NCBI RefSeq assembly: GCF_009914755.1
Contig: NC_060926.1
Origin: the human T2T-CHM13v2.0 reference genome, Homo sapiens
Reading direction: 5' to 3' (one strand)
DNA length: 64,000 nt
Each line of letters opens with the position of its first letter. Within the stretch, counting starts at the first letter, position 1. Below are positions 55,956 through 64,000 of the stretch, in pieces. The notes beneath the pieces are model-generated. The model ran no database searches. It saw only the letters and a list, made by a program, of their open reading frames with translations, and was not told the origin of the DNA. Position numbers and translations under genes: made by a program.

Positions 55956-57633
55956 CAGTAGATCCTCATTATTTGCAGATTCTGGGTGTGTAAATTTGCC
56001 TACTTGCTAAAATTTATTTGTAACCCCACAATCAACACACACAGAACTTTCTCAGTCATATGCAGACTGTAGGGTCCCCCAGGTACCCCTGCTTTTGCTC
56101 TTGTGCTGACCAAGAAACACAGAGTGCTTTGACTGCTCTGTGACCCAGCCAGCTACTTGTTTTTCCCAGCAGGTTTGAACCCAAGCTGGAGCATTGAACA
56201 TCTTCAGGCACTGATAAAGTTATCCAGGTGTTGCCCAAAGCACTGAAAGAAACAGCCCCAGCCCTGAGCCAAATTTCTTAAACCCTCATGTAAACTCCAT
56301 ACCCTGACCCGTTGCTGCAGACACACCTAGGTAGAACACCCGCTCCTTTCACCATCCCCCCCACCCCCCTGAGCACTGGCAGCGGCTCTCCTCTGTGAGT
56401 TCCCCTAGTAAATGCTTTGGATTGATCACCCTGAGGTTTAGTGCTTTTTTATTTTTTTTATTATTATTATACTTTAAGCTCTAGCGTACATGTGCACAAC
56501 GTGCAGATTTGTTACATATGTATACCTGTGCCATGTTGGTGTGCTGCACCCATTAACTCATCGTTTAGCATTAGGTATATCTCCTAATGCTATCCCTCCC
56601 CCCTCCCCCACCCCACAACAGTCCCTGGTGTGTGATGTTCCCCTTCCTGTGTCCATGTGTTCTCATTGTTCAATTCCCACCTACGATTGAGAACATGTGG
56701 TGTTTGGTGGTTTGTCCTTGCGATAGTTTGCTGAGAATAATGGTTTCCAGCTTCATCCATGTCCCTACAAAGGACCTGAACTCATCCTTTTTTATGGCTG
56801 CATAGTATTCCATGGTGTATATGTGCCACATTTTCTTAATCCAGTCTATCATTGATGGATATTTGGGTTGGTTCCAAGTCTTTGCTATTGTGAATAGTGC
56901 CACAATAAACATACGTGTGCATGTGTCTTTATAGTAGCATGTGCTTTTTTCTTTGAAATCCCAATCACTCTATCTTGGGACATTTTGGAAGCACCCTCTT
57001 GTGGGAATTCCCCTGCCTCCCCTTGTGGGGTGAATCCAGCCATGGGTTCTGCCAGAGGGAACAGAATGGTGCACAGAACCAGACGTGCACAGAATGGTGA
57101 AAATTTTGAGTTGTCCAACGTGCAAGTTAGCAGCTGAGGTTGAACAAGCCAGTGTTCTGCTTTCTTGTTTCGGTTCTCATACTGTCATCAAGTGTCCTTT
57201 CTGTGATCTACTTCCTGTCCTCTTTTTTTTTTTTTGCTGAATTTTTGAGCTTTATGTTGGTGATTGTGCTGTCTGAAATGGCCCCAAACATAGTGTTGAA
57301 GTGCTGGCTAGTGTTCCCAAGTGCAGGAAGCTGTGATATGTCTCATGGAGAAAATGTGCATTAGATAAGCTTCATTCAGGCAAGAGTTATAGTGCTGTGG
57401 CAGTGAGTTCAATGTTGGTGAATCAATAATATATATTAAACAAGTTGTCATAAGATAGAAACACACATAAAGCAAGGTTATGTATTGATTGGTTGATGAA
57501 AATGTCATGTCCAGAGTCTCATAGGAACCTCACCCTGTATTGCCTCTAGAAGCACAAGTCCAGTATTTGCTAATTCAGTGTTTGTAGGTACTTTGTAGAT
57601 CAGGACAAGTGGGAATAAGGACAATAGATTGTA
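55956..57633. mobile_element. MER82-like Tigger element split by an LTR47-like LTR (56068-57063)
   Basis: cagtagatcctcattatttgcagattc... resumes at ~57085; cagac repeated at 56063 and 57080. Confidence 0.72.
56446..56940 (-). mobile_element. 5'-truncated L1PA 3' end inside the LTR
   Basis: gtacatgtgcacaacgtgcag...ctatccctccccc; ORF2 C-terminal remnant MFIVALFTIAKTWNQPK (56670-56912); TSD gtgctttttt. Confidence 0.93.
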
Positions 57634-58067
57634 CTTTGTTAATTTATTTTATTTACTATCTCTCTCCCTGACTAGAATGTAAACTTACCTGGTTCATCCC
57701 CTGCCTTCAGGAAACAAAATTTTAGCTATTCTAGGAAGAAGAGTCTATCTCAGTAGAAATAATAATAGCAACAATAATTTATTATTAACTGTAGCTTTGG
57801 AAACCTCACTTTCCTTATCCACAAATGGTGCACAGGGTTGATTACAAGATAAAATGAAATCAGGTGAGGTAACACACATGAAGCAGATAGCACCAGGGAA
57901 GCCACAAAGAAATCACTCCATAAATTTCAGCTGCTTCCCTGCCACAACTGCAATGAAAGAAGATTGTTTTGTTAAAATAATAGTACCTGGCTATTGAATG
58001 AAAAGAATATAAATATATATTCATGTATAAATAAATAATATCTATATGCTCAAATATATTTATATAA

Positions 58068-58433
<366 letters not shown>

Positions 58434-59722
58434 TAAGTATATATTTAAATAAACAATATATAAATATTATATGTATACTGCCTATTTATGTTATTTTCAT
58501 TTGTACAAAACATTCTACCTTAACAAAACAATCTTTTGTTTTTATCTTTGAATTGATTTAGTTTTAAATGGTTACTTCAAAAACAAGATCAGAGTTAATA
58601 CTTTGAGCCAGATTAGTGTGTGAAACTTGAAATTCTGGCTGTAATTTTAAGTCTGCTTTCTCTGATTGGTAGACTGGATTTTTTTTCTAGTTATTTTAAT
58701 TCAGAATCAATTAAAGCCTTTTCTTTTTCTCTCCACGCAGAAGAGGGTTCTGTGAAAGCCTGGTGAATTACCACCATAAAGTCTAATTATTCCTTCCAGA
58801 GACACGTTATTGTAGTGAGTGCTGGTTAGTCGCTGCACAGGAGGGCCAGGCTTGCAGGACACTTGGATTCAGAGGTGGGAAGCATTTAAGCTTAGAGCCA
58901 GGGCCACAAGAAAAGCCTGCTTTGTTCTTACCGTTGAGCTCATTAAAGTGCATTACCATCAGGACAACCAACCCCCAAATGACAAACTCAGTTGTGCTGC
59001 AAGAGTCCTTTAGGAGTCTGTTGTGGAAGCAGGAATGCATTTCCCCATGGAAACTGTGCTGCCCATAGCGGTAAGGTGCCAGCCAGCATCGATGTCTGAT
59101 TAACCCACATAGTAGCCGGGTATTCCAGCCCGGATTCTGGATTCCAACAGCAGGGAGCCCAAGGTGTGGGAGGAAAATGATCCTGGTGGGTTGTTTCTCT
59201 TCTCCAGACTGCAAGGAGCTGCCTTTCGACCTGAGGGTGTGAACCTGGGACCTACGAACCCTTTGTTAGTCCTGAAAAGTTTGTGTAAATGTTGGTTCAT
59301 GTTTGCATACATGCATTGTTCCAGGGAGTGGATCCAAAGCTTCCACACAACTCTGAAAGATGTCATTGATAGCCCCACTCCCCAAAAGGGCTGAAAATCT
59401 TCATCCTGAAATTGCCAAGTGTATATCTAATCTCCCCTCCCACCTGTTCTGCTTCCACCTCCCGCTCCTGGCAACTCTCCTCATGACAGCCTGCCCCACC
59501 ACACACAGGCCCCTCATTCAGGGGGCAGGGTGGGCCGAGGTTAAAGACTCACCTAGCCAGCTGGGGGTCTCCCTAGGGCCATCTCTTGGGACCTGCTCTT
59601 GTTTTTTTAATATTTAGGGCCATTACTGAAGACACAGATCTCTTTTTTCCTCTGGGTGCAGTCAGATCATAATGTTCAAATGCAAATTCCTCAGCCCCAC
59701 TAGTCCAAATGTCCAGGAGTGG

Positions 59723-59925
59723 CAGGGCTAACATATCCGCCAGGCACAGTAGTCACCATGCCCAGGGGCCACATATATTTCGGACCCATGAAAATGTTTA
59801 AATTTCTTTTAAAAAGGGAAGGGAAAAAAATGAACATAAGTCTAGCCTGGATCATGTACTTTGTATCCATGGCATAGTAAAATATAATTTTTAATATATT
59901 TTTATGGACAAAGGGGCCATGAAAA
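59723..59925. mobile_element. hAT-Tip100-type MITE fragment (ORSL/MER91-like)
   Basis: aggcacagtag...cccatgaaaatgttt...aaaatataatttttaat. Confidence 0.5.
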
Positions 59926-59987
59926 TTGAGCAAGTAGGTGCTCTATATGTTGACTGTCTGTGTGCTAAGGGCAGAGTAACTGGTCCA

Positions 59988-60744
<757 letters not shown>

Positions 60745-60786
60745 TCAAGCCAAGACATCTATCTTTACATTTTATTCAAATGCTGC

Positions 60787-61140
60787 ATGCTATTATATGA
60801 ACGTTTGCGTCCCCCCCAAGGCTTATATGTTGAAATCCTAACCCCCAAGGTGATGGAATTAAGAGGTGGAGCCTGTGGCTGATGATTAGGTTGTGTGGGC
60901 TCTGCCCCCATGATTAGTATCAGTGCCCTTTAAAAGAGGCCCAAAAGAGACCCTTCACTCCTTCCACCATGTGAGAATGCAGCAGGAAGGCACCATCTAG
61001 GAACTAGGAAACGGGCCCTCAACAGACACTGAATCAGTCTTGATCTTGGGCCTTCTGGCCTCCAGAACTGTGAGAAATACATTTTTGTTGTTTATAAACT
61101 ACCCAGTTTATGATATTTTGTTATAGCAGCCCATAACTAC
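60787..61140 (+). mobile_element. MaLR LTR (MLT1A/MST-like)
   Basis: tatgttgaaatcctaacccccaaggtgatgg...ttttgttatagcagccc. Confidence 0.85.
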
Positions 61141-61208
61141 ACTTTAATGAATTTATACAAGTTCTTTCCATATCTGGCTTTGGTAGTGAATTATAAAAAT
61201 ATCCACAA

Positions 61209-61505
61209 GGCTGGGTGCAGTGGCTCATGCCTGTAATCCCAGCACTTTGAGAGGCCGAGGTGGGTGGATAACCTGAGGTTAGGAGTTGGAGACTAGCCTG
61301 GCCAACATGGTGAAATCCCCATCTCTACCAAAAATACAAGAATTAGCCAGGCATGCTGGCACACACCTATAATCCCAGCTACTTGGGAGGCTAAGACAAG
61401 ACAATCTCTTGAACCCGAGAAGTGAAGATTGCAGTAAGCCGAAATTGCACCATTGCACTCCAGCCTGGGGGACAAGAGCAAAACTCTGTCTAAAAAAAAA
61501 AAAAA
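61209..61505 (+). mobile_element. AluS-like element
   Basis: Full dimer with polyA. Confidence 0.93.
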
Positions 61506-61901
61506 TCCCCAAACACTAACCATCATTTTCTCAAAAATCACTGGGAGGTCTTCCTGTCAGATGTGAAGTCAGGGCTAAATTTGTGACACTGTATTTTTTT
61601 TCCCCTCTATATCCCTGCTACTACTCTCCCTCACTCTCAGTGAACAATAGCATCAGATCAATTCAAACATCATGTTCTAGCCCTGTAAAGATGCACCAAT
61701 TAGAGGAGAGTCTTTCTGTGTTTCTTTGAATCTAAGTCCAGTCTCATGGATTTGTAGACCATGTCTCTCTCTCTCCCTGTGAGGGACCATTGGGTCAGAT
61801 CCTAGGAACAGCAGTACTGCCACTGATGGGATGGGAGGTGAGAGAGTGAGCCTGTTGAATAGTGTCCCCTTCTTAATTCATAGTTAATAAAAGATATTTC
61901 T

Positions 61902-62235
<334 letters not shown>

Positions 62236-62371
62236 TTAGCAGCATGACTAATTTAGCCATTGCTGTCAGTTACCTTCAGACAAGTATCATCAGTTTCATA
62301 ATACATTCTATATTTCTTTGCATTGTGTGATGTTTTTGTATATTTAAAAAATTGAAAGAAGAAATGTGTAG

Positions 62372-63078
<707 letters not shown>

Positions 63079-63087
63079 CATAGCTAC

Positions 63088-63498
63088 TCAGAATCTGAGA
63101 ATGTGACCTTATTTGGAAATAGTGTCTTTGCGGATGTAATTAGTTAAGATGAGGTCATACTGGGTTAAGCTGGGTCCTGAATCCAGTATCTAGGGTCCTT
63201 ATAAGAGCAGGAAAAGACACACAGAGACACATCCAAGGAAGAAGACCATGTGATGATGGAGACAGAGATGCGAGTAATGCAGCTGCAGGCCAGGGAATGC
63301 CAAGGATTGCTGGCAATTGCCAGAAGCCAGGAGAGGGGCACACAAGAGATTCTCCCTCAGAGCCTCCAGAAGCCGCCAACCCTGCCAACACCTTGATTTT
63401 GTACTTCTGGCCTCTGGAACTGTGAGAAAATAAATTTCTGTTGTGTTAAGCTCCCCAGATTATGGTAGTTTGCTATGGCAGCCCTAGGGGATCATACA
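63088..63498 (+). mobile_element. MaLR LTR (MLT1B/C-like)
   Basis: aatgtgaccttatttggaaatag...tttgctatggcagccctag. Confidence 0.85.
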
Positions 63499-64000
63499 GG
63501 GAGGTTCCCTTCAGAGTCCCCCTTGGAGCTGCCTTTGCTTCTCCATGTCCTCTGTGGTCAGGGCTCTTCCTGCATCACCCACAGGGCCCAGGGTGGGACT
63601 CTCAGTTGTATGAGCACAGCATACAGGACTGTGGCTTTGTCACAGCCAGCCACAGGGTGGTCCTTCGAAAATAGCCCTTTGCAAAGTCCAGGGATTGGCT
63701 GAGAGCCAGGATGCACTGCGCATCTCAGTTCCCCACCCCCACTACAATAGAGATGATGATATACCCTAAGTGTGCAGGTAATATTAGTGAATCAGCAGAA
63801 TTTTGTTAAAACTATGCAAGGCTGAGTGCACAGGAGACAACTAGGAGGCCACAAGCATTTAAAGGCTATAATCTAGTTCTTATTAATAATGTAATGACAA
63901 AACTGCCATTTATTGAGCACTTAGCATGGGCACAGAGCACTTTATAAGCATTGTGTCATTTTAGCCTCCCATCAGGACTTATGATGTAAATAACGTGCCC

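Noticed and set aside
56670-56912. 80-aa ORF resembling L1 ORF2p C-terminus
   Set aside because: Remnant of a 5'-truncated L1PA that lacks its own promoter and the rest of ORF2

Overview
Hominid (human or great-ape) genomic DNA, not prokaryotic. It is dense in Alu, L1, MaLR/ERV LTR and DNA-transposon fossils and carries one SVA. The only protein-coding sequence I can support is the 5' end of REEP1 on the minus strand, at a CpG island (~34.75-35.96 kb). It has a canonical first coding exon (MVSWIISRLVV, 35526-35495), an overlapping second ATG (MDHLQAGG) using the same splice donor, and an alternative upstream first exon (MQKVLSNGQTEEVRSGSR, 36092-36040). Positions 1-35494 are intron 1, and positions above ~36.2 kb are upstream intergenic sequence. 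Nearly all ORFs in the supplied track are repeat-derived or GC-bias artefacts. I found no convincing new multi-gene system. The most promising unexplained signals are plus-strand splice sites suggesting a divergent spliced transcript (best exon 45075-45188), a 33-bp fold-back hairpin inside an intronic Alu, a perfect 34-bp tandem duplication carrying an M-box, paired MEF2-type sites, a locally templated insertion in an L1, and an AT-rich inverted repeat around an Alu. Repeat names are recalled from consensus sequences by eye and their boundaries are approximate.
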